64,000 nucleotides of DNA from NCBI RefSeq assembly GCF_006345805.1, contig NC_042997.1:118854001-118918000 (forward strand), read 5' to 3'. This document shows positions 1 to 13,184 of the stretch, in pieces. Both the position numbers and the translations under genes were made by a program. Each line of letters starts with the position of its first letter. Position 1 is the stretch's first letter. Under the pieces are notes generated by a model. That model worked only from the letters and a program-made list of their open reading frames with translations, did not search any database and had not been told where the DNA came from. Origin of the DNA: Octopus sinensis. Its lineage: Eukaryota.

Positions 1-790
1 AAACCCAAACCCTAATTAGTTGGGCTATGGTACTCCCCGTGACTTTCATCACCTCATCCAACAATTTGATACCTTTGTAGTTATTTCAATCTAATGCGAC
101 ACCTTTACCTTTGTTGAAGTTGACTGTTGCTGATACGGTATTAATTAGGTATGACTTCTTCATGTATCACCTGGTTAACTATACGGGCGACCAGATATAG
201 CCCACATTGCCAGATATTTTAAGCAGCGATACTTCATAGGCCAAAGGTTTTCCCTGTTTTCATACCCTAATTGCGTTATCTAACAAGGTAGTGTCAATTC
301 GAATGGCTGGTCTCCGGGTTGGGCCGACATTTGGCAGACTCTCTATTCATTCTCTTCATTTAGCAAACATTCGCAGTGGCTTCTCCAAGACTCTCTATTT
401 GCAGCATCATTAAATGCAAGTGAGCCATCATCAGGGCACATTTCTTTCCTATGACATCGCGATTTCCTCTCACACACTGTCTACCAATTCGAAATACTTC
501 AAGTCTTTAGTGCTCACGATGCAGAACATTGGCAATTATTTCTCATCTTCTTCTCCTCTGGCTGAGTAAACCTGTTTACTAGCTTCCGTTCTGGCGATCT
601 GGTACATTTCCCATATATATATATTTCGAAATGTAGCTGGATGTGGTCTGTTGGCGAGTTTCCTCCGTCTTCCTTTCCTTTTGAACTTTCCCCTGTCTAC
701 TGTTTCAGAAGAAGGGCTTTGCTCGAAACGCAAAACATTCCTTCTTTCCTTCCCTGAGCATGCATATACCACATTCTCGCACTGTTGCTT
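1..790 (-). mobile_element. Degraded RTE-clade LINE ORF fragment (pre-RT region), running off the window start
   Basis: Minus-strand translation near 10-110 gives KGKGVALD*NNYKGIKLLDEVMKV...IAQLIR, matching the RTE motif KGKGD...NYRGIKLL..MK. Upstream YQIARTEASKQVYSAR is also RTE-like. Stops and frameshifts are present. Confidence 0.7.
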
Positions 791-839
791 TTTCTTGTGT
801 TATTTCTTGTTTTGTTTTTTATATATATATGCGAACTAC

Positions 840-1310
840 CTGCAACCAATAAATTAGTGACACGTAGGTCTTAATAACCACACCGGATATCCATAATTAA
901 GGATAACTCCCTTAGATTACACTGGCGGTCAACTAGTCGAACAGACAGACACGTTGAAGTCATGCTAATAACTAAGTACGAGACCTTAGATTCAACCAAC
1001 TTCTTTTCTTCATCTACCTCACAATGGATTTAATGAACTTTGAACCTACTAAGACGTTTGAATCACTGAACATTTTCTTTTCCGGCTTCTCCCTCTACCT
1101 TTCCCTCTATTCTCCACTTCTGTCTTCTCAGCCTTCTTCGCTCTGATGATATCTACCATTTGCAACGAGGTAAATACATATTTGCCTCAGCATGGCACAC
1201 AGAAACAGCTGTAAATTCACTCTTACTCTCTCCTTGCTTAACGAACTAAATAATGGCTTTTTAGCACCAAAGACACTTCTAATTGTTGTTTTCCCTCCAT
1301 TTTCTTATCG
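840..1310 (+). mobile_element. Probable Penelope-like element terminal fragment with degenerate hammerhead motif (1143-1213)
   Basis: CTGATGA (1143-1149), long hairpin GAGGTAAATA/TATTTGCCTC, then GAAAC-AGCT-GTA (1202-1213) with palindromic stem III. Stem I pairs poorly. Confidence 0.4.
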
Positions 1311-1332
1311 TATATACATATATATGTATTGT

Positions 1333-1625
1333 GAAGGCGCATGGCTTAGTGGTTAGGGTGTTGTGCTCACAATTACGAGATCGTGGATTCGATTCCCAGA
1401 CCAGGCGTTACGTTGTGTAATTGAGCAAAGCACATAATATCACGTTGCTCTGGGATCATTTCGTCATCTGACATTTGGCACGTTGTCCACCATTACAAGT
1501 AATGTCGATTTGAGGGAGGGACTGATTTTATCTGTACACAAACATTCGAACACTCTGAACAAATCATCTGTGTGATCATTCGCCAAAAATCGCCGAACCC
1601 ACATACGTCGCCTAACGACAGGAGG
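1333..1625 (+). mobile_element. tRNA-derived SINE (family A type head)
   Basis: A box TGGCTTAGTGG and B box GGATTCGATTCC followed by a non-tRNA body related to the copies at 8984, 16371, 23510 and 60196. Confidence 0.75.
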
Positions 1626-2414
1626 CCGAAGAGTGTATTAACGAGAGATTTCCACTTTCATTGTAAGCAAATAGTGTAAACAGAAACAAATATGGCGTTT
1701 GTACACAAGGCTGTTTAGATGTTGTTCTTTTACTAAAAGTGCATTAATAATAATGATGATATATACATTGTCGAAATAAAAGCAATTGAATGTATGGTAA
1801 ACGGCACAATTCTATCACACTATTACGTTATTTTTTACATACCACGTGATGCTGTACTAATCTAATTCAAACGAATTTAATTTAAAATCATTCTGTAAAT
1901 GGTAATGTAATTAATATTTAAATCTGATTAATCTTTCAGTTATGGTTTGTTATCGTTTACCTATTACTTATCAAGGAGTAGGCAGTGAAACTTATCTGAA
2001 TAAACGTTTTAATTTTTCTGTACTCTTATGAGAGAACAAACATCTACATGAAGAAATAAATTCTGGCTCTAAGAAAAACTAAGCAAGACACATGAGTATA
2101 CTTCTAAATCTTTCTGTCATTATTAATTAAGGGCATAATAACCAGACATACTTCTTATTACATTTTCGTGAACGAATTATTTCACTTGAGTCTCTCCGGA
2201 TTGTAACGCTTTTAACGAATAGATACATTTCTGAATAACATACTACAAAGAAATGTTATTTCTGTCTATACATAATGTGACTATAAAAATTTCAATGGCG
2301 GGTTCTCATGAATAAAAATTAATTACGTTTAATATATTCGACGAATAATGCCACAACCAAGATTTTTGTCACTTTTCACTACTACAACTACTATTATTAT
2401 TTGTAATAGTAGAG

Positions 2415-2415
<1 letters not shown>

Positions 2416-2455
<40 letters not shown>

Positions 2456-2805
2456 TTAAAGAAATTTCCATAACCTCACTGAATTCACGACGGATTTATC
2501 CTTGTCCTTTCATTTAAATCCTCCTCCTCCTCCTTCTTCTTCTTCTTCTTCTTCTCCTTCTTCTTCTTCTCCTCCCCTCTTCTCCTTCTTCTTCTCCTTC
2601 TTCTTCTCCTTCTTCTTCTTCTCCTTCTTCTTCTTCTTCTTCTTCTTCTTCTTCTTCTTCTTCTTCTTCTTCTTCTTCTTCTTCTTCTTCTTCTTCCTCT
2701 CCTCCTCCCCTCACCCTCCTCTCACAACTCTCCTCTCCTAACTCTCCTCTCCTCCCCCTCTTATCCTCCTCCTCCACCACCACCACCACCACCACCACCA
2801 CCACC

Positions 2806-2860
<55 letters not shown>
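2416..2860. repeat. Compound trinucleotide microsatellites (TAG)n, (TTC)n, (CAC)n, (TAC)n
   Basis: Direct reading; source of the poly-F, poly-E and poly-V ORFs. Confidence 0.97.
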
Positions 2861-3639
2861 AGCAATATACAATTACAAAAACAAAACACTATGCGACGAA
2901 AATCTATACTGAAAAGTAGAGAGACCGTGGTATGTAAAATCGCTTACACTTGGCCCCAAACTTTCTGTTAATGAATATCGTGTTGTGTAATATGCTTTTA
3001 TCAAAGTATAGCAACGGTCCACTTTGAACAACAAATGTCTGGGTCAGGGCAAGGTATCTATTCGTTCAAATACCTTCATAGCAACATCAAGAATATGTGT
3101 TTGTAGGTCTGCGTCTGGTGAATCAGAGTTGGCATAGGGCTGCAAAACAACAATACCATTTTCATAATTAACAAGAAAGTGGCAACTACGTGATTATTCG
3201 GCAGGTAAGTGTAGAAATCAGACTAAAAAAATTTTAAAAAAACAGAAGAGAAACCACGGAAGATACATTAAATAATTTAGACTCAAATTCACCACGTTCT
3301 AAATGAAAGCCTATATGTGCAATAAAGTGAATGTTAAAATCTCAGAACCTCTTCCATCTTATGTACAACGTGCCCTGGATAAATTTGCGTTCTTTATATC
3401 TCGCTTTTGTAGGAATTCGTTGATGTATTGATGAACAGTCAATGACGTCGGAGAGTATAACGATTAAGGTTATAGTTAAGAAATATTCAGCTGACAAAGA
3501 TGGGGGAGCCATTCTGAGTATCGGATAAGAGTTACTTGTAGCATGATAATTCGAGTCATGTAATAAAATGCCGTCATGATGAGTGGTGCTCAATACTCTG
3601 CGAACATTCACCTAATAAATGATGAACAGGGACTTTAAA

Positions 3640-3990
3640 TCAATTCACACAGCTCTGTGGAGTTAATGGAGTGTGTGATCAAACTCTGGTTGAAGTGGTT
3701 TGCTGCTGGGCGGCCATATATATCGCACCAGCATTTGTGTCCTCGTCATTTCTACGGAAAGAGTTACAAAGAATTGTTAGAGAATTTCTACAACTTCAAC
3801 ATCCCCAATTTCCGCTCTCCTAATCCCACTGTTTGTAATCCTATTATGTAGGGCGTGGTTGAGAGAGACACCAACCGTTCTGCCTGCAACATCAAGGCAG
3901 AACTGGTAGCGAAGAGCAATGAGGTATTCGAGGATTTTCTCAAGCAATGAATGCACTGAGGTCGGCCGCCAAGTGTAAACTGATTTCTCC
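3640..3990 (+). mobile_element. Tc1/mariner-superfamily transposase remnant (C-terminal catalytic region)
   Basis: Translation WLKWFAAGRPYISHQHLCPRH...ENFYNFNIPNFRSPNPTVCNPIM*GVVERDTNRSACNIKAELVAK is a decayed form of GRPYVxQQDSAPxH...WPPxSPDxNPxDY...WGxVE. Confidence 0.7.
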
Positions 3991-4708
3991 TAGGCAAAAT
4001 CTAGTTGATTTTAAAATTCATTGTTCGATGATATAATGTTTTCTTTTCATTTATGACAACTATCAAATGTAGCCCGAACGCCCTGTGAGATATAGTTGCT
4101 AAACTTCATCAAAAATATTCCTATTGCTTTAAACAAGTACATGGAATAATGTAGTTTTGCCACCGTATCCATGATAAAGAAAAGCAAAAATGAAATAGAT
4201 AAAATAATAACAGCATCAATAATTTCTGCGTATGTGTGAGTAAAATGAAGGCTGATCTGGTGGTTAAACCACAACTGTCTAGACTGCATTCATACTTCAA
4301 CTTCCAACTCATATTTGAAGAGAGTAATGGTTTTACTACGTATAGTATATCTGCATAATTTCCTGTAGCAAAGAAATTATGACATACCACCGCAGCTGCA
4401 GCTACCAGCATCAGCCCTAGAACCACCATGAACAGCAGCGACACCCTCCTCCCCTTCGCCTCCTCATCCCCTCATAATCCTCCTCCTCTTCTCCTCCTCC
4501 CATCTCCCTCATCATCATCATTATCACCATCATCAAGAACAAGAACAATAAAAACACCATATGAAAATATGGTATATGATCTGCCAATCTCTCATTCACT
4601 CCATCCGTCTTCCTCCCACTGAAACTCTATCACTTTTTTGAATTCATGCACATAAGGATACAAACACAAAGCAAGCATATATAAATATATACTGACATAC
4701 ATACATAC

Positions 4709-4763
<55 letters not shown>

Positions 4764-7700
4764 TACATACATTTATTCGTTCATATATACATTCATGATA
4801 GATACGTACATTCATTAATGTAATGGCATGCACATGCATACGTGCATGAATACACGCATATGTGCATACTTACACGCATATAAGTCTTTTAAACTTACAG
4901 TTTTCTTAGGTTCTACGTCCGTGATCTCAGGTTTACTTAACGGTATAAAAAAACATAAAATTTTGATTTAAGGAAGTTTCAGGATGTAAAATGAAACCAA
5001 AATTTTTGGCAAAATCAAAACTAAAGAAATATAACGTAAGCGACTGTCAAAATATATGAAAGGATAAGAAATAATATTCTACAGATAAAATTACTGTTAA
5101 CATAAATTCTAGCGTTATAAACAAACACATATATTTTTTGAGAATAAGTGAAGAAACGGAAATTAACGAAAAATAATAAAACTGCACTTCGCTATGTCTT
5201 CAGCTTCTTACAATTTTCTCACCAAGGTATTGACTTGGAAACTGACGACCGATATGGAGCTTGTAAAATAAAAGTCGTCCCTGATGCTGTGCAATAAAAA
5301 ATGCTAGCGACAAACTGTAATGTCGTACGTTGGCGGATGGAGATGTACAATGCAAGTGTCATGGTTGAGTGATAATAGTGTTTAACTCGAATTGTTCTTT
5401 CTTTCAGTTTTTTTTCTTATTTTGACTGTTTACTTTACAGTGTTTTATAACCGTACATTTTTTTATACAGTATCTATATTTCCAATAAATGTCTTACATG
5501 CCAGATTTTTACAAGAGTTACAGTTTCAATAACATCCGTCTATTTTTAGGGGAATCTTACAGACATTTTAAATCTTTTGGATAAAGAATAGTTTTCATCT
5601 GATTAACAAAAAATACAAGAAAGCAATCTCGTATCACTCTAAGTTTCTTTTGTCGTAAAATCTTTGGATGGCTTTAGGAAAAAAACCAAAACCACCACGA
5701 AAAGAAGAATTTTAAACCAATAATTCTGATATGTTTATAATACTCTTGCAAAAGTATTGCCTTGACAAACAATGTTGCTTTAAAGATTAAAGTTTTATAA
5801 CATTTATAGAACATGGTAATGTTTTAATATTATAATGCATGGAAAGTATTACAAGAAGTAAGTCGTATTAGAAAAGTGTTTCGGTCAGAAATTATATTTT
5901 TGAGTACAGATTTATAATGTAATTTTATATTTACATCATATAAAAATGTTACTTTTAGCATCAAGTCATCCTTATCTGGCAGATTCGACTGAATTATGGA
6001 CACATCGGTCTTACCGTGACCATAACATACTTTATTCTGCCTCAATACATACAGAACCGAATAATGTAACATATTTCTCCAGTTCATAGGTATATAAAAT
6101 GGAATTTGAGATGGGTCTGGTTATTATTTCTTGATGGTTAAGTACCAGTATCCAAATTCCCTTGTTCGTTCATTAAATAAAGCAAATTATTGACAGTAAA
6201 TGTAATGATCGCATAATAACGGTTTCATATATAAAGATAAAATTGCACGTGAAATAGGATGTACGCGCCTCTATCGCAAGCAATTTTTACACTCACCTGT
6301 AAATATGCATCACCGTTCAAGCGTGATAATATAATAACCGGAAGTTAGATATTTCATAACTCTAAAACATTCCGAAGAAACGATGTGCCATCTCTTGATA
6401 CTTGTTGTCTTTATCAAAATCCATTTTATGACAAGATACATTTCGGGTCAGATATCAGGTCTCAGAAAATCTTTCTCCAATTCGAAAATACCACTCGAAC
6501 ATCACAGACGATTCCCTTCCTCCTTCAAGAAGCCATAAAACTGCTATTTTTGGTTTTCCCATTCCTGAGAGCATGACGAATATAAGTGAAGTGGTAACAC
6601 TCATAAATCAAGAAAACCTGTTCGCTGTCATCTTATCGTTAAGCTTCTAACCAACGATAGATTACACAAACAAATAAATATATTTCAACGAATACGTACA
6701 ATATATATCTAAAATTTAAATTTTTACATTTGGCGAAATATTACATGGCTTGTTATTATATGTTTTGTACTAGCCATTCACTCTAATAATATATTTTTGA
6801 CAGCGATGGACCAAACGTTTATCTGCAATTCGATGCAGAAAATTTATGCACACGATTGAATTAAGGAAGACCATAACCGTATATGAGACTCATATTAAGT
6901 AGACAAACATATGATTAGAAATCGATAATTTTATTGTCTTTGTAGTACTTGAATAAGGTGATACTCATGACCTTCGAAATTCCTCCGAGATCAGTGAGAC
7001 TGAAGTCGCTAACATACCACTTGATGTGTCACTTGTTGACATTTACAGAAAAAACAAAACCCTTTAAGAATGCGTTAAATTTTCTTTATTGTTATAAGTG
7101 TTGACGATATACGATATATATTCATCTATTCATATGTCGAATCACGTCTTTCAAATTATATGTGGAAAGCAAAACATAATGGAAGGTGACTATCGTTAAT
7201 GGCATTTTAACATTCAGAATAGCTGGATGTTTTCTTTTCATTATTCCTACATCTTTCAGAGAACATCAGATACATTATGTAGGAAATAAACTGTTTCAGC
7301 CAATTGATAGTTCCAAATTCATTAATAGACATTGAAGAAAATATTTGTAAGACTATATTAATAACAACCTTTCCTACAAAATACGTAAAAGCTACAGAAG
7401 GTTTTTATGACAATTGTATTTTATGGAAATGAAATATTTTCACAAGATGGTAGTTATAAGACTCTCAATAAAATCGGTGAAAATATCTATATGAATTCAC
7501 CGATTCATATCTTTTGTCCATAATTTAAAAGGTTATTATCAGGTTGCTTGTTTCTTCGGGAGATAAAGATCACGGCTTAAAGTTACTGATGCAGAGGTGT
7601 GTATGTTGTTTAACAGTCCAATATACTTCATAATGGCTGTTACTTATTATCCTCCTTTAAACTCTAAATATATTTGGACAGTCATGTCGTGAGGCTTCTT

Positions 7701-8844
7701 TTTGAGAGCTGAAGATATATACAGAGCACGTGATTCATTTTAAAACAAATTCATATTGAATACTATTTTGATCTTAGTTACCGTTTTGCTTTTAAGATAC
7801 TATCTGGATAAGAAAAATTGGTTTACAACAAAAACTTTTACTCAATCTGTCTATAAATTTCTTTCGGCAATACTAGTTATGAAAGCACTAGCGGTTTCCC
7901 TGAAGCTGTAGCTAACCTTCGGCCGAATTTCATGAAAACTTTGGTATAGATAGTTTTGCTTACTTAGATTGTTTCACAAAATCCCGGCAATATGGTAACG
8001 AATCATTAAATCATAAGCATGATTATACGACAAAATATTTCGTTCATCAATTTTATGTTTTGAATATGTTGACGTCCTGTTTATAATACTCACATCTTTA
8101 AATCTTCTATATTTTAATGCGTCTTTGCCATTGTAATAATTGCTGAAATGGTTAAAGCCTTCCTTCTCATATGATAAGTTGTATATGAATAAAGAAGCTT
8201 TTATCAATTACCATATCCATATACTGAAAGAATGCAATTAATATAAATATCTGTATTTTAATATACTGCAAATTCTCTTTAAAAATGTACTTCAGGGACA
8301 ATATTTACCTTCATGTAAACCTAGGACTTTATCATATATAAGCTATATTTCAATTAATTTCTCCTATGAAATTTCATCTAATTCTTTGAATAAGCGTTCA
8401 ATAAGCAGAGCGAATCAACCATATCAACAAATATTGTGTGCTAATTCTTATTAAATAAATAGTCAATAACGTTAGAAGCGAAAAAAACTCTACTTACAGA
8501 TATATCTTCCGAAATAACTCTCAACTATATACTCTCTTCAATTCAAACCTCAGAAATATCATAGGATCCTATGAGGTTATTGTAATTCGTAGCTAGTGTG
8601 TTTACTCGCAAAATAGTTACCGTCAACTAACGAACATATCATAGCTAATTAAATTAATCTAACAAACAATGTCTAAAACATATTCAGAACAGGAATTAGT
8701 TTAAAACCAAAAACAATCTACTTTATGGAAACGCTTAAATTTACGAGGACGTATGCTCTCTGTTATTGGAACAGACGGAAGTAGTAAACTTATATCATTC
8801 AGAAGGGAAGTTAACTGGTACAATTCATGAATAGACAAACAAAC

Positions 8845-8982
<138 letters not shown>

Positions 8983-8983
8983 A

Positions 8984-9335
8984 AGGTGCGTGACCTAGGG
9001 ACTAGGGCAGTGCACTCGCGAGATCATGATTTCGATTCCGAGAACGCCTGTGCTTTGTGCTCTTGAGCAAACACTTTATTGCACGCTGCTCCAGTCCACT
9101 CAGTTATAAATGAGCACCCTTGTGACAGATGGGTGTACAAAGGTGAAACGGTGACTCAGGAAAATCACTGGAGCCACGTTTTCTATTCAGCGATCGAAAG
9201 GATGAATAGTACAATCCGCACTATGAATACCGACTGGTTGGGATTGGTCGCTCAACCGTGTGAAAGGTTGAAACATATTTATCAGAAAGACAGTATTTCG
9301 TTAGCCTTTGTAGCTGGTTCGAAGATCTGGTGACT
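8984..9335 (+). mobile_element. Diverged tRNA-derived SINE (family A-like)
   Basis: Decayed A box, B box-like TTTCGATTCC, then TTGAGCAAACACTTTATTGCACG similar to the 1333 copy. Confidence 0.55.
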
Positions 9336-10379
9336 GGCAGATGCAATAATGGGAATTAGACAAACAGGTGAGCAATCTAGCAAATAGGCAACAATTAATA
9401 TTAAAATCTAGGCACTACATAGATAAATTAATTGAAACTATCAGCATCGCGTAATCGAATATCTATATCGTAGAGAAAAATTTAGTATTCTTACATATAT
9501 AGTAAGGATGCTTCGATCCCACGTTCTTCCGCAGAAAAGATTGAGAAGAAAACAATGAAGATAGAAAGGAAAAAATCGGCGAGTGAGAAAATAATGTGTA
9601 GGGATTCAGCATGATGAAATATATATAATAATCAACCAGAAGGAATACGGTTGGACATTAATTTTTTAATCACTACAATTGCATCCACGCAACGTAGTTC
9701 TCCATGTGCGCAGGTACGTGATTATGCCACCGCTTCCCTGAACCTATGGGATCTCATAATGCATGGAAGCGGTTGCATAATCAAGTACCTGCACATCTGG
9801 AAAACTGCATTAGTGGGGGGGGGGGTGCAGTAATTAAAAAATAAATGTCTACAGTACTCTTCCTTCCTGGCTCCAATTTTTTTCAATTATATGTTCACAC
9901 GTGACAGATGGCCAAGCGCCAACCTGGAAGTACGTATAAGATTACTACTGGATAGCAAACATATGTATGTATATATACACGAGAAGACTCCACGTGTATA
10001 CATGATGGAGGAAGTTCGGTGTAAGAAATGAAGAAGTAATACAGTGCTGAGAAGGAGGACCTGAAGCTAAACGCAAAATTATATAAGTAAAAATGATCAA
10101 GCAAGTGAAGGAGGTAAAGAAATATGTGGAAAGGTCTAAAAAATACGAGAGTGGGTAGAAAGCTATTCAGACGGTATGAAATAGGAAAAAAGCTGACATA
10201 GTATTAATCAAATAAACCAAAGTAGAAGAATGTTGGGAGGTGAGGTGAGATCAAAGAAGAATTAAAGAGGAAGAGATTACGGAAGGAGTTAACAAAACAA
10301 ACCCTGCTGTGTAGATGTCAGCTCTAGTTTCTAACAGCGTGAATAATTTATAATTATCCAAGCCAGAGAAGAAATATAG

Positions 10380-11155
10380 ATTCCAAATTTTGGCACAAGG
10401 TCAGCAATTTTAGAGGAAGGGATAAATCGATTACATTGACCTCAGTTTCCATCTGGTACAAATGTTATTGACTCCGGAAGGATGAAAGGCGCAGTCAGCC
10501 TCGGTGGCAGTTGAACTCAGAACATTAAGACTGAAGAAATGCTGATTAGAATTTCTACATCACGGTGAGAGTTCTACCATCTCGCCGACTTAATCGTTTC
10601 TACTCTAGGCACCATGTCCGAAATTTTCGGGAGGTGGGCAGTCGATTAGATGGACCTCAGTATATAACTGGTACTTAATTTATCGACTCCTCAAGGATGA
10701 AAGGCAAAGTCGATCTCGGTGGAATTTGAAGTCAGAACGTAAAGACAGACGAAATACCTATTTCTTTACTACCCAGAAGGGGCTGAACACAGAGAGGACA
10801 AACAAGGACAGACAAACGGATTAAGTCGATTATATCGACCCCAGTGCGCAACTGGTACTTAATTTATCGACCCCGAAAGGATGAAAGGCAAAGATGACCT
10901 CAGCGGAATTTGAACTCATAACGTAACGGCTACCATTTCGCCGGGCATGCTAACATTTTTGCCAGCTTGTCGACTTATCTCGCCGACTTATTTGAGACAT
11001 ATTTGTTTCTACTCTAGGCACAATTTTTGGGGAGCGGGTCAGTCGATTAGATCGACCACAGCACATAATTGTTACTTAATTTATCGACCCCGAAAAGATG
11101 AAAGGCATTTCTGCCAGCTCGCCACCTTATCTCGCCGCCTTATCTCGCCGTCTTA
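10380..11155 (-). mobile_element. Head-to-tail and nested cluster of at least 4 family C SINE copies, one with a Tx1-derived tail (10759-10990)
   Basis: Repeated head AAGGCGGCGAG(CTGGCAGAA), B box GTTCAAATTCC and core GACTTTGCCTTTCATCCTTTCGGGGTCGATAAATTAAGTACCAG on the minus strand, with two different 3' tails. Confidence 0.85.
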
Positions 11156-11259
11156 TTCGAGAAATATTAATATAATGTAAACAACGAATAGGAGAAGAAA
11201 GAGGACAAAATGTAGAAGAAATAACGTTGGAGGAATAAAGTAAATATATAATCATTGGT

Positions 11260-11419
11260 TCAGGCGTGGCTTTGTGGTAAGAAGCTTGCTTCCCAACCAC
11301 ATGGTCACGGTTTCAGTCCCGTTGAATGGCACCTTGCGCAAGTTTCTTCTGTTATAGCTACAGGCTGACCAAACCCTTGAGAACGGACTTCATAGACGGG
11401 AACTGAATGAATCCCGTCG

Positions 11420-11454
<35 letters not shown>

Positions 11455-11680
11455 TATATATATATACACACATACATATATAAATATATGTATGTGTGTG
11501 TTTCTGTCTGTGTTTGTACCCTCACCACCGCTTGACAGCCGGTGCTTCTGTGTTTACGTCCCCGAAAATTAGCGGTTCGGAAATGAGCTTGATAGAATAA
11601 GTACTGGGGTCGATACTAAACAAAATCGTTAAAACCGGTGCATGGCCGCAATTACGTGACTAAAATAAGTAAAAATTAAA
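11260..11680 (+). mobile_element. tRNA-derived SINE family B with internal (TA)n/(TG)n
   Basis: Head CAGGCGTGGCTTTGTGGTAAGAAGCTTGCTTCCCAACCAC, internal TA tract and tail CATGGCCGCA...GACTAAAATAAGTAAAA shared with the 34288, 43477 and 58658 copies. Confidence 0.85.
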
Positions 11681-11927
11681 AGTTAACTATAAACATGAAA
11701 GTATCTTCGCGTACCGTTATCACATGATATGCCCAAATCGAACTACATCCGGGACATTTCATTTATATACGAAAATGAACAGATAAAGACTAGGATGGGG
11801 AGATTACGTATGTGCGGCCACGCCTTCAATGAAACGTAACAAAAGACTGTACTACTCATCCTTAACATATGTGAGACGATTTGGTAGACGGAAGCTGAAA
11901 GAAACTCGAAGCCTATCGTTCCCTATT

Positions 11928-11985
11928 TGTCTCTGATGGGGGAATATCCCATACTCGGGGATATCCCAGGAACAGCTGTGAGATT
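11928..11985 (+). ncRNA. Degenerate type I hammerhead ribozyme motif
   Basis: TCT-CTGATGG-GGGAATATCCC/GGGATATCCC-AGGAAC-AGCT-GTG-AGA. Same ACAGCTGT palindromic stem III as the 1143 motif; several core substitutions. Confidence 0.45.
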
Positions 11986-12066
11986 TTGAATTTCTTCCCA
12001 TAATAATATTGTATACGACTTGAGACGTTTGCCTTGCCTTAATGTTTGCTGTCCTGTTTAACAACA

Positions 12067-12097
<31 letters not shown>

Positions 12098-12142
12098 TGT
12101 ATGTATGTATGTATGTATGTATGTATGTATGTATGTTTGTAT

Positions 12143-12563
12143 GTATACAACCACTCTAACGCCCCACCCCCGTACATATCTCTATGAGATATTTAAAAAT
12201 TTAATATTTCTGATTTTGGTGATTAGTGAATAAATTTCACTGAAAATTTATATATATATTTACGAAGTCTAGACAGATATCTTCAGCTAGCAGGTCTCTG
12301 CAACTCTAGACCGATGATGGGCAAAGACCCTGAAACATGTGTGTCTCTAGATGCAGGCCTAGCTGTTGGGGGTATTTGTCTCCCCTTCGTAAATATATAA
12401 GGACATAGGAAATATGTCGCGGCCGACAGGAAGCGTCGATGCTTCCTAGGTCTAAACAGCGGTAATGTAATTCCCTTACTGTCACGTTAAGTTGACAGTA
12501 TACAACCACTCTATCGCCCCACCACCGTACATATCTTTATGAGATATTTAGAAATTTAATATT

Positions 12564-12568
<5 letters not shown>
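12143..12568 (+). mobile_element. ~356-bp hammerhead-bearing unit with ~70-bp terminal direct repeats (retrozyme or Penelope pLTR-like)
   Basis: 12143-12211 is near-identical to 12499-12568; hammerhead at 12284-12365; flanked by (TATG)n and (TA)n. Confidence 0.6.
12284..12365 (+). ncRNA. Extended type I hammerhead ribozyme
   Basis: Stem I CAGCTAG..CTGCA..CTAGA / TCTAG.TGCAG..CTAGCTG; core CCGATGA (12311-17); stem II GGG-CAAAGA-CCC; GAAA; stem III ACA-TGTG-TGT; GUC cleavage triplet at 12343-45. Confidence 0.75.
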
Positions 12569-12633
<65 letters not shown>

Positions 12634-12664
12634 TATGTATATATGTATGTATGCATGCATGTAT

Positions 12665-12890
12665 GTAGGTGTGCCTGTTATCGTCGCCACCGCTTGACAA
12701 CCAGTGTTGTTGCATTTATGAATCCATAAGTTAGCGGTTCGGCATAAGATATTGATAGAATAGGTATTAGGCTTTAAAAAAAAATACTGGGTTGCAGGGG
12801 GCATTCGTTATACTAAAAAAAGAATATCCCGCAAGGAATTGCCCGAACATGGCCGGATTCCCATGAGTGAAACAAGTAAAAGAGTAAAAG
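12665..12890 (+). mobile_element. 3' half of SINE family B
   Basis: CACCGCTTGACAACC...TTAGCGGTTCGG...GATAGAATA...CATGGCCG...GAAACAAGTAAAAGA matches the family B tail. Confidence 0.65.
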
Positions 12891-13024
12891 AATGCACACA
12901 AAGGTATACTCACACACAAACACACACACAAAAGTAAATATACATTCCTGCATTACGTATTAGCTACTTCTCATTGTACACGCAATATCTTACCTACATT
13001 CCAACACTTAATGAATCAGTGAAA

Positions 13025-13031
13025 TATATAT

Positions 13032-13074
<43 letters not shown>

Positions 13075-13141
13075 AAACATTAAATATATATATATAACAT
13101 ATATATATATATATATATAAAATATTATATATATAAACATT

Positions 13142-13184
<43 letters not shown>

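Noticed and set aside
1-16. Telomere-like AAACCCAAACCCTAA at the window start
   Set aside because: Only two imperfect units, lying within the RTE relic.
2502-2816. Poly-F/poly-E/poly-R ORFs and the many YIYI, CVCV, LSIY, THTH, poly-N and poly-I ORFs across the window
   Set aside because: Stop-free translations of microsatellites; no coding evidence.
3074-3612. Possible spliced exons (minus strand PYANSDSPDADLQTHILDVAMK with AG/GT borders; plus-strand CAG|GTAAGT at ~3204)
   Set aside because: Phases of neighbouring candidates do not join and I recognise no protein; would need RNA-seq.
5000-8800. Repeat-poor stretch with short ORFs and splice-like signals (e.g. minus donor at ~6295, acceptor at ~7259)
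   Set aside because: No ORF or motif supports a gene model; may be intron, UTR or old decayed DNA.
10380-11155. CRISPR-like or satellite array
   Set aside because: The repeats are nested SINE copies in a eukaryotic context, with no constant repeat-spacer periodicity or cas genes.
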